Source of the DNA: Thalassobaculaceae bacterium
GTDB lineage: Bacteria > Pseudomonadota > Alphaproteobacteria > Thalassobaculales > Thalassobaculaceae
Direction: 5' to 3'
NCBI GenBank assembly: GCA_965228875.1
Contig: OZ245843.1
Location: 3,206,616 to 3,270,615, forward strand
Length of the DNA stretch: 64,000 nt
The position numbers and the translations under genes were made by a program. The notes beneath the pieces are model-generated. The model did no database searches. It was given only the letters and a program-made list of their open reading frames with translations, and was not told the DNA's origin. Shown piece after piece: positions 32,019-40,997 of the stretch; the first letter of the stretch is position 1; every line of letters starts with the position of its first letter.

Positions 32019-33239
32019 ATGAAGAAGGCCCTGATTATCGGCGGCGGATTCGCCGGCTGCGCCGCAGCACACCAGATGTCGCTGATCGGCGGCTGGGAGA
32101 TCGACCTGGTGGAGCGCGCACCGTTTCTTGGCGGCGGCGTGAAGACCCACTGGCGCGGCGGCCATCCGTTCACCTTCGGCCCGCGGCACTTCCTGACGCC
32201 GATGCCGGAACTGTTTGACTATCTCAACGCCATCGTGCCGATGCGCAAGCTCGACCACGAGTTCATCACCTATATCGAGGCCGACCGGAACTACTACACC
32301 TTCCCGATCCACAGGGACGACATCCCGCGCATGCCGGAGCGCGAGGACATCGAGCGCGAGATCACCGAGGCCCAGGAACTCAAGGGCTGGAACAACGCCA
32401 AGAACTTCGAGGAGTACTGGATCTCGTCGATCGGCAAGACACTCTACGGCAAGATGGTCGACAAGTACTCGCGCAAGATGTGGCAGGTCGAGAGCAACGC
32501 CATGCTCGACGACTTCGGCTGGTCGCCGAAGGGCGTCGCGATCAAGGAAGGACCGCGCGAGGGCTGGGACACCGCGATCAGCGCCTACCCGCTGGCGCCG
32601 GACGGATACGACCACTACTTCGACGTCGCCACCGCCGAGGTGAACGTCAAGCTGAAGACCGAGATCGAGGCGTTCGACATCCCCAACAAGCGGGTGCAGA
32701 TCGCCGGCGACTGGCACAGCTACGACGTGATCATCAACACGGTCTCGCCGGACATGCTGCTGAACTACGCCTATGGCGAGCTGCCCTATGTCGGCCGCGA
32801 GTTCATGACCATCGTGCTGCCGGTCGAACACGCCTTCCCGGACAAGGTCTACTTCACCTACTACGCCGGCGACGAGCCCTACACCCGGATCGTCGAGTAC
32901 AAGAAGTTCACCCAGCACAAGTCGCCGTCGACCCTGCTCGGGATCGAGATCCCGAGCCACAAGAACAAGCTCTACCCGCTGCCGATCAAGAAGCACATTC
33001 AGAACGCCTACCGCTATTTCGACGACCTGCCCAAGGGCGTGGTCTCGATGGGCCGGGCCGGCAGCTACAAGTACATCGATATCGACGACATCATCTGGCA
33101 GGCGATGAAGATGGCCGAGCAGTTGAAGGACGGCGATCTCGACCATCCGGTGCCGGTCTACGGCGCCGACCAGTCGGCACCGAACCTGCTGACCAAGACC
33201 ATGGTCGACGAGGGCGTCGTCCCCGACGGCGTCGGTTAA
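32019..33239 (+). CDS. glf: Flavin-dependent NDP-sugar pyranose/furanose mutase (UDP-galactopyranose mutase-like)
   Basis: IIGGGFAG, ER..FLGG, Y..KMW, PYTRIVEYKKF, GRAGSYKY.D; substrate-region motif differs (FGPRHF). Confidence 0.75.
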   Translation: MKKALIIGGGFAGCAAAHQMSLIGGWEIDLVERAPFLGGGVKTHWRGGHPFTFGPRHFLTPMPELFDYLNAIVPMRKLDHEFITYIEADRNYYTFPIHRDDIPRMPEREDIEREITEAQELKGWNNAKNFEEYWISSIGKTLYGKMVDKYSRKMWQVESNAMLDDFGWSPKGVAIKEGPREGWDTAISAYPLAPDGYDHYFDVATAEVNVKLKTEIEAFDIPNKRVQIAGDWHSYDVIINTVSPDMLLNYAYGELPYVGREFMTIVLPVEHAFPDKVYFTYYAGDEPYTRIVEYKKFTQHKSPSTLLGIEIPSHKNKLYPLPIKKHIQNAYRYFDDLPKGVVSMGRAGSYKYIDIDDIIWQAMKMAEQLKDGDLDHPVPVYGADQSAPNLLTKTMVDEGVVPDGVG

Positions 33240-33276
33240 GGGGAGCGGTCGCGGCGAGCGGCCGAAGAGACCGCGC

Positions 33277-33303
33277 GGCTGAAAGGCGACCGGCCTTTCA
33301 GCC
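33277..33303. terminator. 11-bp stem-loop at a convergent gene junction (possible bidirectional terminator)
   Basis: GGCTGAAAGGC-gaccg-GCCTTTCAGCC; no clear U-tract. Confidence 0.45.
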
Positions 33304-35430
33304 CGTCGACCAGTCGCGCCGGATGTCGTCCGCCAGGGCGGCCAGCGCCGTCTCCCACCTGTCCGGCCGCGGCGCCCAGGAGAACCGGACGCCGGGAAGC
33401 CAGTGCGACCGGTCGCCCTGGTGGGGGTAGCGGAAATCGTCCTGCAGCGCCCGCAGCGGCACATAGGCTGGCGTGCCGACGCCGTTGGCGATCGACACGG
33501 TCGAGTTGGCGATCGACACGACGGCGTCCAGGGACCGGACCAGCGCCGCCAGGCCGCCGATATCGTCGGTCGTGTCCACCTTCGGGTCGGCGTTCAACTT
33601 GATCCCGAACCGCTCGACCGTGCGGCGGAAGTCCGCCTCCTCGGGCGCGTACTGAAGCGAGATGATCTTCGTGTCCGGTAGCATGAAGATCGGCCCCCAG
33701 CAGTCCAGTGGCGCCTCGAAGGAACGGGTCATCGCCGCCGGCTTGATGCTGCGCCAGGAGATGCCCACCAGGCGCTTGCCGGGGAACCGTCGCGTGTAGC
33801 GTTCGCGCAGGGCGGCGGCCAGATCGGTGTTCACGGCAAGGTAGTCTGAGCGTGGCGGGTGGTCCGCCTGCAGGGCAATCAGATGGCCGAGGGGTAGCTG
33901 CAGGTCGGCCGTGGCGGCCACCGCTTCGGTCGCCGGTTCCTCCCGCGCCATGACCTCGATCCAGGGGAACGTGCGGCTCAGCAGCGCGACGAGCTTGCCC
34001 GAAACCTCGAGAACCACCCGCCCGGCGCGCCCGCGAATTCCTTCGAGAAACTGGGCGAACCAGACCTCGTCGCCGATGCCCTGCTCGCCCCAGATGAACA
34101 CGGTGGCGTCCGGGACCGGCGAGAGATCCCAGACCGGCTGCGGCAGGGACGGTTCGGGGTGAAGCCGGCGGGCCGACGAGAAGTCCTCGATCCGGAAACG
34201 CTGGAGAAAGTCGACGGCACCGCGCCGGCGGTCGCCATCCTGCAGTTCCAGACAGGCGCGGTAGTAGGTTGCCTGCGGGTGGCCGGGTTCGAGGCGAAGC
34301 AGCGCGTCGAAGTGGTCCCGCGCCGCCGTGTAGTCGCCGGCATAGCGCGCGATCAGGCCGGCATTGAGCAGAACGCTGCCGGTATCGGGCGCCATGGCGC
34401 GCGCCCGACGGATCCAGGTCTCCGCCGCCTCGAAATCCAGGGCGAACTGTTCCGCAGTGGCGATGTTCAGGGTCGTTCCGACATTCTGTGGCGCGTCCAC
34501 CAGCAGCCGGCGCAGCGTTGACCGGGCCTCCGCCCCCCGCCGCAGGCCGATCAGGGCCGCCGCCCAGTTCTGCTCGAGACTGACGCGGAAGTCCCCGGCC
34601 GCGACGCGGGCGCGGGCCAGGTTGCGCAACGCGGTCTCCGGCCGGTTGTCAGCCAGTTCGACCCGGGCGAGAGCCCCACGGGCATGCGCGCTCTCCGGGT
34701 CGAGAACCATGGCCCGTCTGAGTGCCGACTCGGCCTCTTCCATTCGGTCGGCCCGCCGCAGCAGCACGCCGAGGCGGAACCAGATCCGCGCATTCTCGGT
34801 CTGGAGCGACACCCGCTCCTCCAGACCCGCAACCGCTTCGTCGAGCCGCCCGAGGACCGTCAGCGCCTCCGTCTGCGTCTCGATCAGGTCCGGTTGATCC
34901 GCCAGGTCGACGCCATGCGCGGACCGCAGCAGATCGAGGACGCCGGGCCAGTCGCCGCCGGTCGACCGCAGCATGACGCAGGCGCGCAGAAGATCGGCAT
35001 CGCCGGGGTTCAGGAAGACGGCGACGCGCTGGGTCCCCGGGGTGGCCGCGCTTCGGTGACCGTGGACGCGCCACGCCCGGGCATCGTCCGGCTGGACGAG
35101 GAGTGTGCGGCGGAGCAGATCCTCGGCAAGCTCCTCCACGCGGAAATGCGTCGCCACGAAGCCGAGGTTCCGCAGGACCCGGCCATCGGCGCCGGCGAGG
35201 GTTCGCCCACGACGAAGCTGCGCCGCCGTATCCGGCAAGCCGGTCGGAGCGGCGCCGGCCATCGTCATGCCGAGGGCGTTGACGTATCCGGTCGCACGCG
35301 CGGGCCAGAGGATGGCGATGGAGCGACAATACCGCTCCGCCCGCTCCAGATCCCCGGCGGCGCGGGCCTGTCCGGCGAGCCTGCCCAGGGATTCCGGCGT
35401 CGGCTCGCCGTCCGGCAATCGACGTCTCAT
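33298..35430 (-). CDS. TPR + GT-B glycosyltransferase (FlmG-like subtype)
   Basis: Long TPR array; WGEQGIGDEVWF, VGISWRS, ISLQY, LDAVVSIANST. Confidence 0.8.
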   Translation of the reverse strand: MRRRLPDGEPTPESLGRLAGQARAAGDLERAERYCRSIAILWPARATGYVNALGMTMAGAAPTGLPDTAAQLRRGRTLAGADGRVLRNLGFVATHFRVEELAEDLLRRTLLVQPDDARAWRVHGHRSAATPGTQRVAVFLNPGDADLLRACVMLRSTGGDWPGVLDLLRSAHGVDLADQPDLIETQTEALTVLGRLDEAVAGLEERVSLQTENARIWFRLGVLLRRADRMEEAESALRRAMVLDPESAHARGALARVELADNRPETALRNLARARVAAGDFRVSLEQNWAAALIGLRRGAEARSTLRRLLVDAPQNVGTTLNIATAEQFALDFEAAETWIRRARAMAPDTGSVLLNAGLIARYAGDYTAARDHFDALLRLEPGHPQATYYRACLELQDGDRRRGAVDFLQRFRIEDFSSARRLHPEPSLPQPVWDLSPVPDATVFIWGEQGIGDEVWFAQFLEGIRGRAGRVVLEVSGKLVALLSRTFPWIEVMAREEPATEAVAATADLQLPLGHLIALQADHPPRSDYLAVNTDLAAALRERYTRRFPGKRLVGISWRSIKPAAMTRSFEAPLDCWGPIFMLPDTKIISLQYAPEEADFRRTVERFGIKLNADPKVDTTDDIGGLAALVRSLDAVVSIANSTVSIANGVGTPAYVPLRALQDDFRYPHQGDRSHWLPGVRFSWAPRPDRWETALAALADDIRRDWSTG

Positions 35431-35443
35431 GGCTTGGCCGCCG

Positions 35444-36508
35444 TTACGCTCCGATGCCGAGCCGCGAGGAACCGCGGCCGTCCTTGAGCGAGACCCAGCC
35501 CCCGGTCTCCATGCTCTCGTACAGGGCGTGCACCAGGCGCAGCGAGGGCAGGGCCGCGTCGACGTCGATCGGCGGCGGGTTGCCGGCCTCCAGGGCGCCG
35601 AGCACCTCGCGGATCAGCGGGCCGTGGCCGAGTCCGTAGCTGGAGGGGATCTGCTGGCTGTGCCGTTCGGCAACGCCCTCGTCCTCGGGGGTCGGCTCCA
35701 CCGGCCGCCAGAGCTCGACGAGGTTCAGCGCCCCGCCACCGATCTTGGCCAGGGCGTGCTCGCCCACCAGGTGGAGGGAGGCCTCGAAATCGAGGTCGCG
35801 GGCCGACGTCGTCGCTTCGATGGTTCCGAGTGCGCCGGAGGCGAAACGGACCACGGCAACCGCCGTATCCTCGGCTTCAAGCCGGTTGAGCACAGCCGCG
35901 CCCGCCGCGCAGACGCTGTCGATCGGCCCGCCCAGCCACTGCAGGGCATCCAGGTGGTGAATCGCCTGCTGGGCCAGGACGCCGCCATCCATCGCCCAGC
36001 GGCCATGCCAGGGATCGTCGTAGTAGTCCTGGTAGCGACACCAGTGGACCCGAACGCCGGCGGTGACGAGCCGGCCGAGCCGGCCGGAATCGATGACGGA
36101 GCGGACGAACCGCATGGCCGGGTTGTAGCGGTTCTGCTTGACCACCGCGCACATCACGCCGGCCGCCCGGGCCTCGTCGCGCATGGCGATCGCGTCCTCG
36201 ATCCGCAACGCCACCGGTTTCTCGACGAGGATGTTGCAGCCCTTGGCGATCAGCGCCCGGGCGTCGCGCGCATGGTGGCCCGACTCGGTCAGTACACAGA
36301 CCAGATCGGGCTTCTCGGCAACCAGGTCGTCGAGGGACGACACCGCCTTGCCGCCGGTCGCGGCGACGAAGGTCTCCGCCTTGGCCCGGTCAAGATCGGC
36401 GGCGGCGACAACTTCCAGGCAGTCGGTCAGTTCCGTGCCGAGCACTTCCCGGTACCGGGCCGAGACCCGTCCGCATCCCAACACACCGATTCTGAAGCGA
36501 CGTCCCAT
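35444..36508 (-). CDS. Gfo/Idh/MocA oxidoreductase, WbpB/WlbA-like NDP-sugar 3-dehydrogenase
   Basis: GVLGCGRVS, TESGHH, LVEKP, VVKQNRYN, W.R.QDYY..WHG.W.MDGG..AQQAIHHLD. GAAGGAG RBS before ATG 36508. Confidence 0.85.
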   Translation of the reverse strand: MGRRFRIGVLGCGRVSARYREVLGTELTDCLEVVAAADLDRAKAETFVAATGGKAVSSLDDLVAEKPDLVCVLTESGHHARDARALIAKGCNILVEKPVALRIEDAIAMRDEARAAGVMCAVVKQNRYNPAMRFVRSVIDSGRLGRLVTAGVRVHWCRYQDYYDDPWHGRWAMDGGVLAQQAIHHLDALQWLGGPIDSVCAAGAAVLNRLEAEDTAVAVVRFASGALGTIEATTSARDLDFEASLHLVGEHALAKIGGGALNLVELWRPVEPTPEDEGVAERHSQQIPSSYGLGHGPLIREVLGALEAGNPPPIDVDAALPSLRLVHALYESMETGGWVSLKDGRGSSRLGIGA

Positions 36509-36641
36509 GGGTGTTTCTCCTTCTTTGTCTTCTGCTGCCGGCGACGGGTCCGACATCGCATCTGCGGCTCTGCAGGTCGTGGGCCCGTTCCGGATCGTTC
36601 TGGCGGCGCGAGCATGCCGGGCGCCCGGTGAGGGCCGGTCC

Positions 36642-38975
36642 CTACGAGTCCCGCTCGATCAGTTCGGAAAGGGTGGTTCGGATACGCTCCAAAGGCCCGT
36701 CCCACGGTTCCTTCGGCGTACGGAAGAACAGCCGCAGACTCGGCTGCCACGGCACGATGCCCGTGCCGAAGCTCTGCCAGATGATGTGGTCCCAGGCCGT
36801 CCGGTTCACCAGGGTCGGACACCCCATCGACCCGCTCATCCACGCGAGGGACAACAGCGGCGTGCAGGCATAGTCGAGGACCTTGAGGATCGCGAAGACA
36901 TCCTCCAGGTCGTTGGTCAGATCGACCCCGTCGAGCGGGTCGAAGGTGAAACCGCGCTCGTCGGCCAACCGCTTCCAGATCTCCACCTCCTCGTCCTCGG
37001 TGGAGTACTGGAGGTTCACGGCGGTCGTCCCCGGCGGAATCACCGTCGCCAGTTCCTCGACCTCGAGGTACTGCAGGTTGCGCGCGCGGTTGCGGATCTT
37101 GCTGCGCCAGGACACGCCGACCCGCTTTCTGCCGGCGTGATGGGTCTCGAAATAGTCGCGCCATTTGGCGACGAGATCGGGATCGGGAACCAGATAACCG
37201 TCGTTGCGCACCGGCAACCGGTCGCGCTGCTCGGCCGGAATGCGGGAGATGTGCTGCTTCGTCTCGATCGTGTAGTGCATCGGCAGATGGCCGATCGGCG
37301 CCTTGTGCGTCAGCTTCGGATCGCGGGTCGCCGGATCACCGCGCCGGCCGCGCGGCACGAAATCCGCTTTCGGGAAGCTGCGCTTGAAGATCGGGATCAT
37401 GCGCTTGTCGCAGTCCACCGTCAGGGAGGCGACATCCCGCAGGACCCAGGGAATGTACCAGGAGAACATGACCTCATCGCCGAGACCCTGCTCCATGTAG
37501 GTCAGTAGATGGGCGTTCGGGTGGGTGGTCGGGCCGTCCCAGATCTTCTGTTTGAAGTTCCGTTTCGGCGACGGAAAGTTCTTCGTCGCCCATCGGTGCA
37601 TGTAGCCGCGAAAGCCGGTTTCCAACTCGCCGCAGCAGAAGCCGATCATCCCGATATTGAAGTGCGCGGCGGCCCGTTCCTGCGGATCGGCGGTCAGTTC
37701 GATCGCCTTCTTCGACGCCCGGACCGAATCCGCGTAGCGGTAGCGTGCCCGATAGTAGACGCCGAGATTGAGGTACAGGACGTCCTGGGCGAATCCGAGA
37801 TGCAGCCCGCGCTCCGCGTAGAAGATCGCCTCGTCGATATCCTCGTTGGCGACATAGGTGAGCGACAGGCCGTTCCATCCCTTCGCGTATTGCGGGTTGA
37901 TGCAGAGCGATCGCCGGATGTTGGTGATCGCCTCGTCCCGCCTGCCCTGACCGGAATAGGAAAGACCGCGGTTGTAGTGCAGGACCGGGATTTCCGGGAA
38001 CCGCGTTACCGCCTTGCTCCAGAGCGTGTCGGCGTCGGCGTAGAGTTCGAACTCGTTGAGGATCTTGATCGCCTCGTCCCAGACCGTGGCCTTGTCGGGG
38101 AAATCCTCGATCAGCTTGAATGCCGTCGCCTTCGCCTCGTCGACGGCGTCGAGCTGCTTGTAGAGGGTCCGCAGGCGCTCGATCGGCTCGATCGCTCCGG
38201 GGAACCGCGCATGCAGGCGAAGATTGGTTGCGATTCCATGTCGGGGCCATCGCACCCGCGCCGACTCGGCCGCGGCCGTGGTCAGAACGTCGTCACGGTC
38301 GGGCAGCAGGACCGATGCCTGACAGACCCAGGCGGCCGCACGGACCAGCGTGTTCTTGCGGTGCAGCCCGCGGGCGATCTCGACCGCCCCTTCCGCGGAT
38401 GTGGGGTTGAGGAGCTGGTTGACCTTGAGCATCCACATCCGGCGCTCTGGATCGTCCACCACATGGAGGCGATGGTCGATTGCCAGGCGCAGGGCATGGG
38501 CGAAATAGGGATTCGAAACGTCGATCAGGGTGCCGATCAGCGCCCCCGAGAGCGCGGCGTGCGCCTCATGTCGCGCGAGGGTCGCGCCGGCGACCATGCG
38601 GATTTCGTCATTGAGCAGAGCCATGCGTCCGGGCACCGCGAGGACGTCGGCGATGGCATCGTCCTGCCTTCGTCCGGCAAGCAGCCGGACCAGACGTCGA
38701 AGCGCCTTTTCGTTTTCCGGATCGGCGTCGAGGGCCTGGCGGTAGTTCCGCTCCGCGATATCGAGACGGCCGGCCGACTCGGCGGCGATGCCGAGGTTGA
38801 CCCGGGGACCCGCCTGATTGCCGGCGGAGAGCGGGATGACCCGTTCGAGATGTCGCTGGGCCTCGCCGGGATCGGTCATCACCAGCTCGAAGCCGAGCCG
38901 CGTCAGGGAGGCCCTGTCGTCGGGATGTTCAGCGATGGATCGCTTCAGGTCGGCTAACGAGGCGGTAGCGGTCAT
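36642..38975 (-). CDS. TPR + GT-B glycosyltransferase (most FlmG-like copy)
   Basis: Long TPR array; WDG...EQGLGDEVMF, FKRSFP, VGVSWRS, NLQY, DLTNDLEDV, FGT..VPWQPS. Confidence 0.82.
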   Translation of the reverse strand: MTATASLADLKRSIAEHPDDRASLTRLGFELVMTDPGEAQRHLERVIPLSAGNQAGPRVNLGIAAESAGRLDIAERNYRQALDADPENEKALRRLVRLLAGRRQDDAIADVLAVPGRMALLNDEIRMVAGATLARHEAHAALSGALIGTLIDVSNPYFAHALRLAIDHRLHVVDDPERRMWMLKVNQLLNPTSAEGAVEIARGLHRKNTLVRAAAWVCQASVLLPDRDDVLTTAAAESARVRWPRHGIATNLRLHARFPGAIEPIERLRTLYKQLDAVDEAKATAFKLIEDFPDKATVWDEAIKILNEFELYADADTLWSKAVTRFPEIPVLHYNRGLSYSGQGRRDEAITNIRRSLCINPQYAKGWNGLSLTYVANEDIDEAIFYAERGLHLGFAQDVLYLNLGVYYRARYRYADSVRASKKAIELTADPQERAAAHFNIGMIGFCCGELETGFRGYMHRWATKNFPSPKRNFKQKIWDGPTTHPNAHLLTYMEQGLGDEVMFSWYIPWVLRDVASLTVDCDKRMIPIFKRSFPKADFVPRGRRGDPATRDPKLTHKAPIGHLPMHYTIETKQHISRIPAEQRDRLPVRNDGYLVPDPDLVAKWRDYFETHHAGRKRVGVSWRSKIRNRARNLQYLEVEELATVIPPGTTAVNLQYSTEDEEVEIWKRLADERGFTFDPLDGVDLTNDLEDVFAILKVLDYACTPLLSLAWMSGSMGCPTLVNRTAWDHIIWQSFGTGIVPWQPSLRLFFRTPKEPWDGPLERIRTTLSELIERDS

Positions 38976-39047
38976 TGAGATTACCGGGAAAAGGACAGAG
39001 GCGGTTCAGTCCGATGTTCTTAAAAGGCTCGACCCGTCCAATTCCAC

Positions 39048-39078
39048 AAAAAAAGAGGCGCCCACAAGGGGCGCCTCT
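39048..39078 (-). terminator. Rho-independent terminator of the large RTX gene
   Basis: Minus strand AGAGGCGCCC-cttgt-GGGCGCCTCT followed by a T-run, 20 bp after the stop. Confidence 0.88.
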
Positions 39079-39098
39079 CCAATTTTTGCGTCTGCCGA

Positions 39099-40712
39099 TC
39101 AGGACAGGAAGTCGAAGTCGTTGATGTCGACCGTCGACACACCCTGCACCCGGATGGCGAGGTAGTCGTCGTTGCCCGAACCGTTGATCAGAACAACCAG
39201 GGTGCTGCCAACCGAGTAGTAGTTGATCGAGTTGTTCGCACCATGGCTCGCCGACAGGGCAATCGCCGGGCTGCCGCCCGAGGAGATGATGCCGGTGAGC
39301 AGCTGGATCTTGTCCGAGCCGTCCTGGAAGCTGCTGATCAGGTCGAAGACCGACACAGCGATGGACATCAGCGCCGCGGTGGTCGAGTTCGACACGATGT
39401 CGGCGATGATGAAGCGGTCATTGCCGTCGCCACCGACCAGGGTGTCGCCGCCGCCGAAGGTCGCAACTTCACCGAACAGGGTGTCGTTGCCTTCGCCACC
39501 GGAGATGATGTCAGCGATACCGTCGCTGCCACCGCCCGACAGAAGGTCGTTGCCGTCGCCACCGAACAGGGAGTCGGCCGCAGACGCCAGGGCGATGATG
39601 GTGTCGTTGCCGGCACCGCCGTTCAGCACACCACCGACGGTCAGCGCGCCAACGCCCGGAGCACCGACGATCGAGTCGTCGCCGTCACCACCGAACAGGT
39701 TGGCGGTGATCAGGGTGCCACCGAACAGGGAGTCGTTGCCTTCACCACCATAGACCACGGTCACGGTGTTGTTGGAGGCACCGAGGCCGCCCGCCGTGAA
39801 GCCGACGAGGTCGTCACCGGTACCGCCGTAGATCAGCGCGCCGCCGAGCGACAGAGCGAAGATCACGTCGTTGCCGTCACCGCCCGAGAGCGAGTCGGTC
39901 TGACCGTCAGCCTGCATCGAGTCGTTGCCGGCACCGCCGATGAGCAGGTCGTTGCCGTCGCCACCCGACAGGGTGTCGTTGCCGTCACCGCCCAGAAGCG
40001 AGTCGGCACCGCTACCACCGCGCAGCACGTCGCTGCCGAGCTGGCCGCTCAGAGCGTCGTCGCCATGGCCACCGGACAGGACGTCGTTACCCTGACCGCC
40101 GTACAGAACGTCGGAAGCCGAACCGCCGGACAGCGTGTCGGTGCCGAGGTTGCCGTAGAGCAGGTCCGCGGCGTCACCAGCGCTGATGACGTCGTTGTCC
40201 TGACCGCCGTAGATGCTGTCAGCACCGCCGCCGGCGCGCAGGATGTCGTTGCCCTGGTTGCCGTAGGCGACCACGGCCGACGAACCGGTGTCGGTCATGG
40301 TGTCGTTGCCGCTGCCGCCGAAGACGGAAACAGCACCGGTCACGGAGATGAAGGTATCCGCACCGAGGTTACCGAACATGACGTCGGCACCACCGCCGCC
40401 GGACAGGGTGTCGTTGTCCTGACCGCCGTAAATGGTGTCGTCGTTGGTGCCGCCGCTGAGGACGTCATTGCCGAGGTTGCCGTAGACAACGTCGTTAGCC
40501 GAGCCAGCCGAAACAGTATCGCCGGACTGACCGCCATACAGCGTGTCAGAGCCAGCCCCACCGAGGATAACGTCGCTACCCTGGTTGCCGTAGACGATGT
40601 CAGCGCCGTCGATTGCGCTGATCGTGTCAGAGCCAGCCAGCGCAGAGATCACGTCGGCGCTGGCGGTGCCCGTGAGTGTCTCGCTGGTGGTCGTGCCAGT
40701 AATGTCTGCCAT
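39099..40712 (-). CDS. Large RTX-repeat, Gly/Ser/Thr/Asp-rich T1SS substrate; candidate S-layer/surface glycoprotein (537 aa)
   Basis: Almost entirely GGxGxDxUx-type repeats, no enzymatic domain, no signal peptide; TAGGAG RBS; own terminator; many GGT/GCT/TCT codons. Confidence 0.88.
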   Translation of the reverse strand: MADITGTTTSETLTGTASADVISALAGSDTISAIDGADIVYGNQGSDVILGGAGSDTLYGGQSGDTVSAGSANDVVYGNLGNDVLSGGTNDDTIYGGQDNDTLSGGGGADVMFGNLGADTFISVTGAVSVFGGSGNDTMTDTGSSAVVAYGNQGNDILRAGGGADSIYGGQDNDVISAGDAADLLYGNLGTDTLSGGSASDVLYGGQGNDVLSGGHGDDALSGQLGSDVLRGGSGADSLLGGDGNDTLSGGDGNDLLIGGAGNDSMQADGQTDSLSGGDGNDVIFALSLGGALIYGGTGDDLVGFTAGGLGASNNTVTVVYGGEGNDSLFGGTLITANLFGGDGDDSIVGAPGVGALTVGGVLNGGAGNDTIIALASAADSLFGGDGNDLLSGGGSDGIADIISGGEGNDTLFGEVATFGGGDTLVGGDGNDRFIIADIVSNSTTAALMSIAVSVFDLISSFQDGSDKIQLLTGIISSGGSPAIALSASHGANNSINYYSVGSTLVVLINGSGNDDYLAIRVQGVSTVDINDFDFLS

Positions 40713-40938
40713 CGTTGTAACTCCTAAGTCTCCCTACAGAGCGTGTGTGCGTCAGAACGATGCTGATCGACCGAAGACGATCACCACCCTCCCCTGTCAG
40801 ACCGCGTTCTCACGCAAACAGCGCCAGCAGCATCCAGGGAGGACGTTTGCGTTTTACAGCAGGTGATCCGGACGATGCAAGCGGCGTAAACGAAAAATCT
40901 CCTAGTCTTTAGACGTTAGCGGCGAGCGTTGATGGCGA

Positions 40939-40956
40939 TGTGACATATTTGCCACA
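40939..40956. promoter_or_regulatory. Imperfect palindrome TGT-N12-ACA, putative regulator site upstream of the large RTX gene
   Basis: TGTGACATA-TTTGCCACA (7/9 half-site symmetry) in an AT-richer intergenic region. Confidence 0.35.
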
Positions 40957-40997
40957 AGCCGTTTTCCCCCGTCACCGCATCGCCGATCCCAGGTCCG

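Noticed and set aside
39099..40712. RTX toxin, or CRISPR/DNA tandem repeat array
   Set aside because: No pore-forming or enzymatic domain and no acyltransferase gene; the DNA repeats are degenerate coding repeats without spacers.
40760..40960. c-di-GMP riboswitch or sigma54 promoter upstream of the large RTX gene
   Set aside because: GCAAA is present but the rest of the riboswitch architecture is not evident; TGGCA lacks a correctly spaced -12 GC.
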